A stretch of 63,856 bases of DNA, the filler included, from Lama guanicoe (taxonomy: Eukaryota): NCBI GenBank assembly GCA_013239625.1. It is 77 parts of 77 records of this genome, joined end to end, with 100 filler letters (N's around TTAATTAATTAA, not from the genome) between each part and the next. Parts side by side here need not be neighbours in the genome. Positions count along the whole stretch, not along the records: positions 37,990 to 38,865 come from PNXV01013513.1; positions 38,966 to 39,884 come from MU055418.1; positions 39,985 to 41,599 come from MU055419.1; positions 41,700 to 42,198 come from PNXV01013523.1; positions 42,299 to 42,807 come from PNXV01013524.1; positions 42,908 to 43,823 come from MU055420.1; positions 43,924 to 44,399 come from PNXV01013528.1; positions 44,500 to 45,251 come from MU055421.1; 69 more parts are not named here. One strand, written 5' to 3'. Position numbers and translations under genes: made by a program. The notes under the pieces were generated by a model. That model was not told the origin of the DNA and did no database searches. It saw only the letters and a list, made by a program, of their open reading frames with translations. Below are positions 37,990 to 51,094 of the stretch, in pieces. Each line of letters opens with the position of its first letter. The first letter of the stretch is position 1.

Positions 37990-38105
37990 CCGCCCCCAGG
38001 GAAGACGCTAGCTGCTGACGCGGACTGCGCATGCGCACAGCCACCTAAGACACGTTGGCTTCGTTCGCCCCCTGCAGGTCCTCGAGGGCGGTGCAGGATA
38101 CTCGG
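37990..38105. promoter_or_regulatory. CpG-island edge with an NRF1 site and a CTCF-like motif
   Basis: Perfect palindrome TGCGCATGCGCA at 38026-38037; CGCCCCCTGCAGG at 38066-38078. Confidence 0.6.
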
Positions 38106-39984
38106 AACTCACTGTAGAACACATGACCCCTCCCAGCCATGATGCTAAATCACTGGAAATCTCAGTGCCCTGGCCTCTTTTTTAATGGCACTGGTGATGC
38201 TCTCATCCAGCCATGCCTGCTCTCTTGCCTGGCACATGCCTCAGTCCTTGGAATCCCGCCTGAATCAGATTCTGTTCTGGAGGAAGGACAGGTGCAGAAG
38301 AATCTCAAAATTCCAGACTTAGAAGATGACCAGGAACCCAAACTCAACTCTGTCAACTCCCTGGGGTCCCCTGAGGAGTGTGGTTTTCTCAGAACCATCT
38401 GCCCTGTGTCAGGAGCAGACCAAGCCTCAGGTAGCTTAGAGAGGCTATCATGCAGCACATGCTTTGGATGGTTCTCAGTTCTGACCTGCATGATCTTGAG
38501 ACCCTTTTATGTAACTCCTAACACTCTGTTTTCTCATACCTATAGTGATGGTTATTGATGACTGAGTTAAACCTCTTACAATGCTGAGGTGCTATTGTTC
38601 CTTGGATAACAGAATATTTTGAAGGGATCAACTGTTTATCACTTCCCCCTAATGAAATATGTTTTTAAAACTAGAAATGTTTCAGGGGGCACTCAGGTCC
38701 TCCTCTTGCACCAGTTCCTGAGGTGTTGGCAGTTTCTGCTCTGAGCTCCAGATCCTGATCCTGCCGGTGGTCTATGGTGATGCCAGTGTGTACATGCTTT
38801 TCCTTTGCACCGGTAAGGAAAGGAGACAGTCCTTCCCCTACATGAGGCTGCAACATGCTGACACTNNNNNNNNNNNNNNNNNNNNNNNNNNNNNNNNNNN
38901 NNNNNNNNNTTAATTAATTAANNNNNNNNNNNNNNNNNNNNNNNNNNNNNNNNNNNNNNNNNNNNTCCTCCAGTCCACGGTGGCCCTCCGTATGTTTCTG
39001 CTTGTATCAGCGAGTATCAATATGTCTCATGAATGTCGTTCGAGCCTGCTATCCTCTACAGCTGTCTCCAGGCCAGTATTCTCTATTGTAGCAGAACATC
39101 CCTCATCAATGTGTTCNNNNNNNNNNNNNNNNNNNNNNNNNNNNNNNNNNNNNNNNNNNNNNNNNNNNNNNNNNNNNNNNNNNNNNNNNNNNNNNNNNNN
39201 NNNNNNNNNNNNNNNNNNNNNNNNNNNNNNNNNNNNNNNNNNNNNNNNNNNNNNNNNNNNNNNNNNNNNNNNNNNNNNNNNNNNNNNNNNNNNNNNNNNN
39301 NNNNNNNNNNNNNNNNNNNNNNNNNNNNNNNNNNNNNNNNNNNNNNNNNNNNNNNNNNNNNNNNNNNNNNNNNNNNNNNNNNNNNNNNNNNNNNNNNNNN
39401 NNNNNNNNNNNNNNNNNNNNNNNNNNNNNNNNNNNNNNNNNNNNNNNNNNNNNNNNNNNNNNNNNNNNNNNNNNNNNNNNNNNNNNNNNNNNNNNNNNNN
39501 NNNNNNNNNNNNNNNNNNNNNNNNNNNNCTGCATCTTGTCAGTGTTTGGGGAGTTGCTGCATCCAACGAGAGGTTCCTAAGGTAAATGTGATTCTACCCA
39601 CTAGCGTCCCATGGGCCTTTGTTCTTCCCTCTTTCCTTTTGTTCAGATCTGTATGCACTGTAGCAACGGAGGGAAGTGTGTCCATTTTCAGTTGAATGTT
39701 TCACAAGTCTTTAAACTTTCTAACAGTTCACAGTACACAGAGACCCAATAAGGGAAACTATTGTTCCTGTAATAAGGGCACACCCAAAATACATAGCCGT
39801 CGGTTGATTTCTGCTGAAACACCCGCATTCAAGGTACATCTATCCTTTTGTTTCAAGGGGGCTGGAATTCCTAGGAATGATACANNNNNNNNNNNNNNNN
39901 NNNNNNNNNNNNNNNNNNNNNNNNNNNNTTAATTAATTAANNNNNNNNNNNNNNNNNNNNNNNNNNNNNNNNNNNNNNNNNNNN

Positions 39985-41599
39985 GAATTTCATGTTCTAA
40001 GTTCTTTGTTCTGTATTCTGTATTGTATATTCTTTATTAATTTTTCTTCATTCTATATTCTACATTCTATATTCAGTATTCTGTATTCTATATTCTAAAT
40101 TCTGTGTGCTGCATTCCATTTTCTAATTTCTATATTCAGCATTCTGTATTCTATATTCTAAATACTGTGTTCTGCATTCTATATTCTAAATTCTANNNNN
40201 NNNNNNNNNNNNNNNNNNNNNNNNNNNNNNNNNNNNNNNNNNNNNNNNNNNNNNNNNNNNNNNNNNNNNNNNNNNNNNNNNNNNNNNNNNNNNNNNNNNN
40301 NNNNNNNNNNNNNNNNNNNNNNNNNNNNNNNNNNNNNNNNNNNNNNNNNNNNNNNNNNNNNNNNNNNNNNNNNNNNNNNNNNNNNNNNNNNNNNNNNNNN
40401 NNNNNNNNNNNNNNNNNNNNNNNNNNNNNNNNNNNNNNNNNNNNNNNNNNNNNNNNNNNNNNNNNNNNNNNNNNNNNNNNNNNNNNNNNNNNNNNNNNNN
40501 NNNNNNNNNNNNNNNNNNNNNNNNNNNNNNNNNNNNNNNNNNNNNNNNNNNNNNNNNNNNNNNNNNNNNNNNNNNNNNNNNNNNNNNNNNNNNNNNNNNN
40601 NNNNNNNNNNNNNNNNNNNNNNNNNNNNNNNNNNNNNNNNNNNNNNNNNNNNNNNNNNNNNNNNNNNNNNNNNNNNNNNNNNNNNNNNNNNNNNNNNNNN
40701 NNNNNNNNNNNNNNNNNNNNNNNNNNNNNNNNNNNNNNNNNNNNNNNNNNNNNNNNNNNNNNNNNNNNNNNNNNNNNNNNNNNNNNNNNNNNNNNNNNNN
40801 NNNNNNNNNNNNNNNNNNNNNNNNNNNNNNNNNNNNNNNNNNNNNNNNNNNNNNNNNNNNNNNNNNNNNNNNNNNNNNNNNNNNNNNNNNNNNNNNNNNN
40901 NNNNNNNNNNNNNNNNNNNNNNNNNNNNNNNNATTCTACATTCTGTATTCTGTATTCTTTATTCAATATTATGTGTCCTACATTCTATATTCTACATTGT
41001 ATATTCTGTATTCTGTATTTTTATTATGAATTCTCTGTTCTGAATTCCAAGTTCTATATTCTGGGTTCTGTATTGTTCATTCTATACTCTATATTGTGTG
41101 TTCTAAGATCTATTTTCTTCATTCTATATTCTGTATTCGGCATTCTATATTCAATATTCTGTATTCTTCATTGTGTATTCTACATTCTATTTTCTGAATT
41201 CTGTATTCTATATTTTAAATTTCGGTTTTGCATTCCATGTTCTAAATTCTTTGTTGTGCATTCTGTATTCTATATTCTATATANNNNNNNNNNNNNNNNN
41301 NNNNTATTCTATATTCTATATTCTGTGTTCAACATTCTATATTCCACATTATATTTCTGTATTCTATATATTATATTCTTTGTTCTGATTTCCATGATAA
41401 TATTCTGGTTTCTATATTCTGTATTCTATATTGTTTATTCTCTATTCTACATTCTATATTCCACATTCTATTCCAGTATTATATATATTTTATTCTGTGT
41501 TCTGAATTCCATGATTATATTCTGTGTTCTATATTCTGTGTTCTGCATTTCATATTATAAATTCTGGGTTCTGGGTTCTGTATACTATATACTATATTC
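39985..41599 (+). repeat. 7-bp-based satellite
   Basis: Heptamer array; source of the spurious 515-aa ORF. Confidence 0.95.
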
Positions 41600-42357
41600 N
41601 NNNNNNNNNNNNNNNNNNNNNNNNNNNNNNNNNNNNNNNNNNNTTAATTAATTAANNNNNNNNNNNNNNNNNNNNNNNNNNNNNNNNNNNNNNNNNNNNA
41701 ATTAAACCAAAACCCACAAAAGGCAAACCCAGCCAGGGAAAGATCATTTATGAGATAACTTAGAGATCTTGGGAAGACCTAGCATGGCCAGGCTCACCTG
41801 CCTGCTCACCGCTACTTTCTCCAGCTCCCCTCTGATTTCTTCTTGACCTTTGATTGGAGGCTGTTTTAATTGATTTCTCTGTGTGAGGATGTTGGGGAGA
41901 AGAGGTGCTTTTCTAATTAAGAAGGAGATTCGGGGCCCATATTTTTACTTCAGATGCTCAAATGACAAATTTAAATAAAGATAAAGAATCCAAAAGAGGA
42001 ATTCAGGTAGGTACATTATGCAGAGACTAGATTAAAAAAAAATATAACTTCACTCTTCACATATCTACTCATTAGCACTACAGCTCAGTTTTCTCCTGGT
42101 TCTTGTCCCAAATCTGCCCCCATCCAAGGAGGAAGTGAGTGCGAGGGTGGGGGAAACCCAGCGTCCTCGATAGACGTTGTAATACGAAGCCAGTAAATNN
42201 NNNNNNNNNNNNNNNNNNNNNNNNNNNNNNNNNNNNNNNNNNTTAATTAATTAANNNNNNNNNNNNNNNNNNNNNNNNNNNNNNNNNNNNNNNNNNNNAG
42301 AAGTAATCATTGTTTTTAATTATGTATGTAACTTCTCCTTGGTTTTATGTACATCTT

Positions 42358-42520
42358 TACCAAAAAAAATTTTTTAACATTTTTTATTGATTCATAATCA
42401 TTTTACAATGTTGTGTCAAATTCCAGTGTTCAGCACAATTTTTCAGTCATTCATGGACATATACACACTCATTGTCACATTTTTTTCTCTGTGAATGATT
42501 TATCATATACCAAAAAATTT
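42358..42520 (-). mobile_element. Short 5'-truncated LINE-1 3' end with a probable target-site duplication, inside an older L1-like fragment
   Basis: ttttttattgattcataatcattttacaatgttgtgtcaaattccagtg..., flanked by TACCAAAAAA at 42358 and 42508. Confidence 0.75.
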
Positions 42521-43923
42521 TTTTAAAACCCCTTTCTCTCCATCTCTCTGTCTGTATATGTGTGTGTGTGTGTGTTATGTGCATTGTGTTTTGCATGATT
42601 TGACATCTATACAAATGGATTCCTGTATATATTCATCTGCAACTTGTTTTTTTTTTAGCTCAGAGGTTCATCCACATGGTTTCATAGCTGTAGTCTTACA
42701 TCGTCACTGTAGTACTGTATTCCATTGTATTGTATTTATCCATTCTTCTCCTAATGAACATGTTTTTGTCCAGTTTTGTGTATGGCTCTAGTTGCACAAA
42801 TACAAGANNNNNNNNNNNNNNNNNNNNNNNNNNNNNNNNNNNNNNNNNNNNTTAATTAATTAANNNNNNNNNNNNNNNNNNNNNNNNNNNNNNNNNNNNN
42901 NNNNNNNTATACTGATAAGTCAAAATCTACACTTTACATTCAAAATTAGAAATCCTTAAGAATTATATTGTTTGTTTCTCCATCTGTAGTTTTCTACCTG
43001 GCAAAATCTAGATTACTGGCAAAGTAGAAAAGTTAGCTGGTGTTTGAAAACTGTTCTCTGAGCTCTGCCCAATGAATTNNNNNNNNNNNNNNNNNNNNNN
43101 NNNNNNNNNNNNNNNNNNNNNNNNNNNNNNNNNNNNNNNNNNNNNNNNNNNNNNNNNNNNNNNNNNNNNNNNNNNNNNNNNNNNNNNNNNNNNNNNNNNN
43201 NNNNNNNNNNNNNNNNNNNNNNNNNNNNNNNNNNNNNNNNNNNNNNNNNNNNNNNNNNNNNNNNNNNNNNTACTAATTGTTACCTTTTCATTGAATCCCA
43301 AGCTAATGCTAGGGCAAAGCCACTGAAACCTTGAATTGGACAGAGGCATATACATTCTCCAGTCCCAAGAGTCCAGCACAGAACTGTGTCTCCTTTTTAA
43401 TATAAGCTTATGTCTAATTTTTTTTTTTTAATTCTCATTGTTGACACAACTTATTTTGCCTTTGAACACCCCTTGACTAATTTATAGGGACTGAACTGCT
43501 GATTTATTCCCTTTAATTTACAAATTGCAATAACCTTTCTTTCCTTGGACTACCTGGAATAGAGTGAGCATATCATCATTTTGAAAGCAGTCCTCTTTCC
43601 TAAAAATGCAGAAACTTTACAGTTTTTGCCCAGCACTTGATAGAGAATGTTTGTTCTGGATGTCAGGAATTATCTGCACATCCCATAATTCAATCATGAG
43701 AAAACACCACATTGTTACCCAAAATCAAGTCTTTGTTAATATTGCATTCCCATTGTAAAACAGTTAAGAATTGCAGGATTTCTGAGATTTTACCATTCTG
43801 AAATTTTTAGCAACCTGTTTCATNNNNNNNNNNNNNNNNNNNNNNNNNNNNNNNNNNNNNNNNNNNNTTAATTAATTAANNNNNNNNNNNNNNNNNNNNN
43901 NNNNNNNNNNNNNNNNNNNNNNN

Positions 43924-44399
43924 CTCTATCCTATATATTATATTTTGGGTTCATCATTCTATATTCTATATTGTATATTCTACATTCCGTAGTCTATATT
44001 CTATATTGTGTGTTCTACATTCTATATTATAAATTCTATATTCATTATTCTGTATTCCATATTCTGAATTCTGTGTTCTGCATTCCATGTACTATATACT
44101 GTCTTCTCTATTCTATATTGTGTGTTCTACATTCTATATTCTAAATTCTATATTCAGTATTCTTTATAAACTTAATTATCTATATTCTATATTCAAAATT
44201 CAATATTCTGTTTTCTGTATTCTATATTCTAAATACTGTGTTCTGCATTCCATGTTCTCAATTCTGGTTTTGTATTCTGTTTTCCATATCATATATTCTG
44301 TGTTCTACATTCTATATTCTGTATTCAATTTTCCGCATTCTGTATTTTACATTCCAAATTCTGTGTTCTGCATTCTATATTCTAAATTCGATATTCAGT
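43924..44399 (+). repeat. 7-bp-based satellite
   Basis: Heptamer array. Confidence 0.95.
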
Positions 44400-47300
44400 N
44401 NNNNNNNNNNNNNNNNNNNNNNNNNNNNNNNNNNNNNNNNNNNTTAATTAATTAANNNNNNNNNNNNNNNNNNNNNNNNNNNNNNNNNNNNNNNNNNNNA
44501 ATAACTATTTCTACAACTACTTTTCTAATCTGCATGATTTTGATCACTGCAGTTTCAAATGCTGCTTTGGCAGGTTGCACAGATAAACTGCTATGCCTTC
44601 ACAATGGTTCTCAACCTGGGTAGCTGTGACATCACAAAACGACTGGTCTCCTAGCAAATCTTGTGTAACATTCAGCCAGTATTTCCTTCTCATTCAGCCA
44701 GTTAAAATGAAACATATATGATGCTTATTTTTATAGTGTGATCTGCAAATATTATCCAACAAAATCTTTTTAAATAATTTAATTTTGGGGTCTATGAAAT
44801 AAAACCAATCTCCATNNNNNNNNNNNNNNNNNNNNNNNNNNNNNNNNNNNNNNNNNNNNNNNNNNNNNNNNNNNNNNNNNNNNNNNNNNNNNNNNNNNNN
44901 NNNNNNNNNNNNNNNNNNNNNNNNNNNNNNNNNNNNNNNNNNNNNNNNNNNNNNNNNNNNNNNNNNNNNNNNNNNNNNNNNNNNNNNNNNNNNNNNNNNN
45001 NNNNNNNNNNNNNNNNNNNNNNNNNNNNNNNNNNNNNNNNNTACAATAAGTAGCTCTATATTCAAAACATGAGCAGAATAAATATCAGTTTTTCTGGTAT
45101 GTTTATAAATAAATGTTAAATATTTATGAAATAAATTTAGAATAAAAAAATCAATCTAATTTAAGAAATCTCAAAGGGGGAATTTTTGTTTTAAATTGCA
45201 AATGAGTGCTATAATAAAACAAATGTTATTTAATATTCTATTTAAAAATTANNNNNNNNNNNNNNNNNNNNNNNNNNNNNNNNNNNNNNNNNNNNTTAAT
45301 TAATTAANNNNNNNNNNNNNNNNNNNNNNNNNNNNNNNNNNNNNNNNNNNNGTCCTTAGTGGGCAAGCTACAGAAGAGGAGGAGGAGATGTGGTCAGAGG
45401 GCAGAGACCTGGGAGTCCACATTGTCAGAGGAGCCGGGGACATTGTGGTCACTAGGGATCGGTCCAGAGGACTGTAGAGAGCAGGGTGTAGCTGGAAGAC
45501 AAGCTGTTGGATTTGTTGACTTTCAGCTCTCCTCAAAAACATAGTTTTAACAAAAATTTTGTCGTGCTCATATTCCTGATGGTTCAGTATCTGGTCCTGT
45601 TAATGTTTCTGTGATCACAGCAGGCTGGTAAGAACTACCATTTAGTCAATGTTTTCTGTTATNNNNNNNNNNNNNNNNNNNNNNNNNNNNNNNNNNNNNN
45701 NNNNNNNNNNNNNNNNNNNNNNNNNNNNNNNNNNNNNNNNNNNNNNNNNNNNNNNNNNNNNNNNNNNNNNNNNNNNNNNNNNNNNNNNNNNNNNNNNNNN
45801 NNNNNNNNNNNNNNNNNNNAACTAGGAAGGAGCATCTGTGTCTGCTTCCTAAGTGATACTCAGCCAAAGAGTAGAGTTGAGAAAATGCATGCTTTCAGTA
45901 GCAGAAAATATCTATCGTCTGCTTTTTGCATGGTTTGCTTTGCAGCCTTTTAAAAACCTTTCATGCAAGGTCATTCATTCAGCACCAGTTCTCTGCAAGG
46001 ACTCTCGTGGCACCTGCCCTTCAGTAGCTCTTGTTCCAGACAATGGGGTGCAGTTGGGCAGGAACACAGAAGCCCCTGTAGAGTGCTGTGGGTGACAAAG
46101 TCCTGAGTGGCGTGTGGCTGTCCGTGTCCGGCTTCGCAAACCTTCGCGCTGGGTGTTGGTGTGTGAGTTGGTAGTTTGCCGTGAGATGTGCGCTCTGGGT
46201 AGAGGAGAGTGCGCACGCCGAGGCACAGAAGTCTGAACACGGCACAGCCGGTCAGGGAAAGCAGGAGTTGCCTGAGAAGTGAGACTGTGGGTGGGTGCCA
46301 TGGGGAGAAAGCTGGAGTGGAGACAGCTGGGGTGAGTGGGGCCGAGTTCNNNNNNNNNNNNNNNNNNNNNNNNNNNNNNNNNNNNNNNNNNNNTTAATTA
46401 ATTAANNNNNNNNNNNNNNNNNNNNNNNNNNNNNNNNNNNNNNNNNNNNCAGGGTTGGTGGGGCCTGAGCCAGGCGGGGGCCGGTAGTTTGGCAGGAGGC
46501 CCCTATTCCCCACGAGATGGTGAGCAAACCCGCGGTGGTGGCTGCAGCGGAACACCGGGATCCGGCCACTCCCGCAGGGCCAGGACTGAGGAAGGAGCTC
46601 CGAGAACGCCCCGGCCCCTGTGCCCAGGCTGCACTTATTTTTGGCTTCAGTTCANNNNNNNNNNNNNNNNNNNNNNNNNNNNNNNNNNNNNNNNNNNNNN
46701 NNNNNNNNNNTCTCAGCTGGCGCACGCCAGGTGCCTTCCAACCTCTTGAGTTTGCACAGGATGTACCTCCTCCAGACTCGCCTTCCCACTGTGCTCCAAG
46801 ACAGCATAGGATCACTGAGGCAGGAAGGGTCGGGTCNNNNNNNNNNNNNNNNNNNNNNNNNNNNNNNNNNNNNNNNNNNNTTAATTAATTAANNNNNNNN
46901 NNNNNNNNNNNNNNNNNNNNNNNNNNNNNNNNNNNNCACAGCAGATAAGAGAAACTGCCTTCTCTTTGCTCTGTCTTCCAGTAAAATTCCGTTGATGCAA
47001 TTTTTGCCACTGAGAGCACCTTTCTGTGAGATTAAATTCAGAAGGCATGAATTTTTTTTGATTCTGAGTTAGTGTTAATAGCTTTTCCACAGATTGTTTT
47101 AAGACATTGACAATTAACTGCATTAGTAGGAACTCAAATGTTTAATTTTAAAATTAGTGTCTTTCAGTTCGAAAGTTCCCTACAACAATGATTTCTGAAA
47201 AATTTCCCCTGGATACCCTGATTTATTTGTCTATGTGAACTACACACTTATCGTTCACTCTTGTTACTGTGTGAACTAATGTGTTGTTTCACGATGTGGG

Positions 47301-48119
47301 ACAGGGTCAGCTCTGACTATCTAAGTAGCAAATACAGGGAAGGCCTCAAGGTTCCAAAACACAACGTAAGGAAGAAGAAATGAACAAAGCTCATGATTTG
47401 CCTGACAGAACACTNNNNNNNNNNNNNNNNNNNNNNNNNNNNNNNNNNNNNNNNNNNNTTAATTAATTAANNNNNNNNNNNNNNNNNNNNNNNNNNNNNN
47501 NNNNNNNNNNNNNNAGGTGATTCTGATGCATAGCTTTCCAGCATCAAATCTGCAGAAATGGAACTGATTCTGAGGCACACCAAAGTTGGAAAACCAGCAT
47601 TCTAGGGCCATCTCTGCAAAGCCAACAACCAGCCAGCTGCTTTCTTTTTAGCCAGAGCTTGGACCAGATGGCTGCTGAATTCTGCATGCACCTCCGGGTG
47701 CTCAGTTTAAGGCTGGGGCCAGCCCTGAATCTATTATCCAGAAGGCTGCTGGTGGCCAGCCTCACCATGGGGTTGGCATCACTGGCGGAAGGAAGCCAGG
47801 AGTCTAAGGCACCATGAAAGATGCAGATGGGTATGGGGACCACTGTTCTTTCAAATCTGTCACCTTCAAGTTTTTGGAAATGAGCTTCTGAGGAAGTTCC
47901 AATGGTTCTATAATAAATGCTCTTCATTGGTAAAAACAAAACAAAACAAAAACAAACAAACAAACCAACCCTCTGGTCCTGGGCAGGCTCTAATTTCCAG
48001 TGTATCTATCAGCCAGAGTGAAATTTCTTATAATTCATGAGGCATCCGGCAGAGAAGGACTTTGCCTTAGGAATCAAGAAAAATTAATCCTAGACCAAAT
48101 GTTGTTTTTTATCCTACCT

Positions 48120-48369
48120 AACAAAGCTTTCTAGTGAAACCTGAAAGTATCCAAATGCTTCCAAGTGACTTAACTGTATCCCAGAATAAAACTCAATACT
48201 ATTTACAGGATATAGGGATACAAAAATATTCAGCACTCAACAAGTTAAATTCTACACTGTCTGGTATATGATCAAAATGATCAAGCGTGCAAAGAAGCAA
48301 GAAAATAAAATTCATAATGGAGAGAAAAGTCAATCAAGGGAAACTGACTTAGAAATTACACAGATGATA
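48120..48369 (+). mobile_element. Ancient L1M 5'/ORF1-start fragment
   Basis: tgcaaagaagcaagaaaataaaattcataatggagagaaaagtcaatcaa..gaaactgac.tagaaat.acacagatgata pattern. Confidence 0.6.
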
Positions 48370-49038
48370 NNNNNNNNNNNNNNNNNNNNNNNNNNNNNNN
48401 NNNNNNNNNNNNNTTAATTAATTAANNNNNNNNNNNNNNNNNNNNNNNNNNNNNNNNNNNNNNNNNNNNGACATACACACAGGGACGAGACAGGCACTTA
48501 AAAAGTGATGAGGAAGCAGACACCCATGTGTGCAAAACTGGACCTGTAGCAGTAGTCGTATGAGACGTACGACATACATTAAAGAGATATCCTCTTAAAT
48601 TGCACTCCCAGGAATACAAGAATATAATAGAAACAGTCATGAGAAAGGGAGAATATTAAAGTTTGAATAATATCTCTTGCAAGAGAATAGTGCTTGTGTC
48701 CTTCACTCAATATTTTCAGTATTGAGAGAGATATTTGAACTTTCTTTTAGATATATAACTCTTCTAAAATATTTAATGGGATTTGCAGTTTGCTGATTTG
48801 ATAATTGTGTCAACGAATGCAAAAGAATAAAGAATAATGAGTAGGGTTGGAGTTTGTTTTAAAAAGGCAGGAAAAGTTCAAAAAAGTTCAGTAACACACG
48901 TAGATATCCGGGAATATTGTTCATATGTTCAAAGACAGNNNNNNNNNNNNNNNNNNNNNNNNNNNNNNNNNNNNNNNNNNNNTTAATTAATTAANNNNNN
49001 NNNNNNNNNNNNNNNNNNNNNNNNNNNNNNNNNNNNNN

Positions 49039-49753
49039 ATCCCAGTGACAGATGTTGCCACCCCAAGGTCAGGGAAGTTATTTCTCGCACATCCCCGAGC
49101 AGCGAACACCTGTGACTGAAGAGAGCTGCTTCGACTTGTCTCTCGAACTCCCCCACTAAATGACAGTGGTTCCGGAAACCTGAGCGTGGGGAGGTTCCAC
49201 CAACNNNNNNNNNNNNNNNNNNNNNNNNNNNNNNNNNNNNNNNNNNNNNNNNNNNNNNNNNNNNNNNNNNNNNNNNNNNNNNNNNNNNNNNNNNNNNNNN
49301 NNNNNNNNNNNNNNNNNNNNNNNNNNNNNNNNNNNNNNNNNNNNNNNNNNNNNNNNNNNNNNNNNNNNNNNNNNNNNNNNNNNNNNNNNNNNNNNNNNNN
49401 NNNNNNNNNNNNNNNNNNNNNNNNNNNNNNNNNNNNNNNNNNNNNNNNNNNNNNNNNNNNNNNNNNNNNNNNNNNNNNNNNNNNNNNNNNNNNNNNNNNN
49501 NNNNNNNNNNNNNNNNNNNNNNNNNNNNNNNNNNNNNNNNNNNNNNNNNNNNNNNNNNNNNNNNNNNNNNNNNNNNNNNNNNNNNNNNNNNNNNNNNNNN
49601 NNNNNNNNNNNNNNNNNNNNNNNNNNNNNNNNNNNNNNNNNNNNNNNNNNNNNNNNNNNNNTCGAGCTCCCCAACTCAATGACAATAGTTCCGGAATCCT
49701 CAGGGTGGGAAGGTTCCTCCAACGGTCGGCAGCGCGTGGGTTCAAAGGGAATG
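49039..49753 (-). repeat. 266-268-bp satellite (reverse orientation)
   Basis: cccagtgacaga..., tgagcgtggggaggttccaccaac, aacggtcggcagcgcgtgggtt. Confidence 0.93.
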
Positions 49754-49853
49754 NNNNNNNNNNNNNNNNNNNNNNNNNNNNNNNNNNNNNNNNNNNNTTA
49801 ATTAATTAANNNNNNNNNNNNNNNNNNNNNNNNNNNNNNNNNNNNNNNNNNNN

Positions 49854-50932
49854 AGCACAGAAGTTTTTAATTTTACTGAATTCCAGTTTACTTGATTTTT
49901 TTGTTGTTGTTGTTTGTGCTTTTGGTGTCATTTATTACAAGTATTTGTAATCCAAAGTCCTGAAGATTTTCTCATTGTTCATTTTCTAAATGTTTTATAC
50001 TTTCAAGTCTGTGATTAATTTTGAGTTAATTTTCATAAATGGTGTTAAGATAAAAGTTCAGTTTTCTTTCTTTCCAGGTGTATGTACAGGTGTCCCAGCA
50101 TCATTTTTGTAAAGATTATTTTTCCCCATTGGATTGTCATGGCACCTTTGTCAAAAATTANNNNNNNNNNNNNNNNNNNNNNNNNNNNNNNNNNNNNNNN
50201 NNNNNNNNNNNNNNNNNNNNNNNNNNNNNNNNNNNNNNNNNGATCACAGTTTTGTTAGTGAGTTTTGAATTTGGAAACTTCAAAACTTTGTTCTTTTTCA
50301 AGATTGTTTTGACTATTTTGGGTATCTTGCATTTCCATATTAGTTTTAGGATCAGCTTGTTCATTTCTGCCAAAAAGCCAGAGCTACTTTGAATGTATAG
50401 GTCATTTTGAGGACAAAGGCCATCTTAACAATAATAAGGCTTCTGATCCATGAACACAGAAGAGCTTTCCATTTATTTTAGGTCATTTTTAACTTCTATC
50501 AGTAGTATTTTAGTTTTCAATATACAAGTTTCAGATATTTTTCTCAGTATTCCACATATTTTTCTTAATATTACTAATTATTTTATTCTTTTTGATGCTA
50601 TTGTAAATGAAAAGGTTTCCTTCATTTTATTTTTAGATTATTCACTGCTGTTGAATAGAAATATAATTACTTTTTATATATTGATTTGTGTCTTACAATT
50701 TTGATCAGACTGGGTTATTCTAAGAGGATTTTTTTCTATTCTCTCTATTTTTCCTTTGTGGATTCCTTGTGATTTCAATATATAATATCATGTCATCTGG
50801 AATCAAAGCAGTTTTATTTCTTTCTTTCTAATCTAGAGGCTTTGTTTTCTTTGTCTGATTGCTTTGACTAGAACCTCTAGTAGAATGTTGATTTTGGGAG
50901 GGAATAATTCAGTGCTTCTGCATTATGTATGA
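49854..50932 (-). mobile_element. Old LINE-1 ORF2 fragment
   Basis: AEMNKLILKLIWKCKIPKIVKTILKKNK. Confidence 0.88.
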
Positions 50933-51032
50933 NNNNNNNNNNNNNNNNNNNNNNNNNNNNNNNNNNNNNNNNNNNNTTAATTAATTAANNNNNNNNNNNN
51001 NNNNNNNNNNNNNNNNNNNNNNNNNNNNNNNN

Positions 51033-51094
51033 TCTGCACACTCCTGGGCCTGTACACTCCTGGGCCTGCACACTCCTGTCTGTGCACACTCCAG
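51033..51094 (+). repeat. 17-bp minisatellite (ctgcacactcctgggc-type), about 3.5 units
   Basis: tctgcacactcctgggc / ctgtacactcctgggc / ctgcacactcctgtc / tgtgcacactccag. Confidence 0.7.

Noticed and set aside
40104..41651. Long hydrophobic ILYSVFY-type ORFs (also at 664-1096, 2284-2675, 31891-32328, 44087-44455, 56901-57771)
   Set aside because: These are translations of the heptamer satellite and N-runs; the T-rich strand rarely forms stops.
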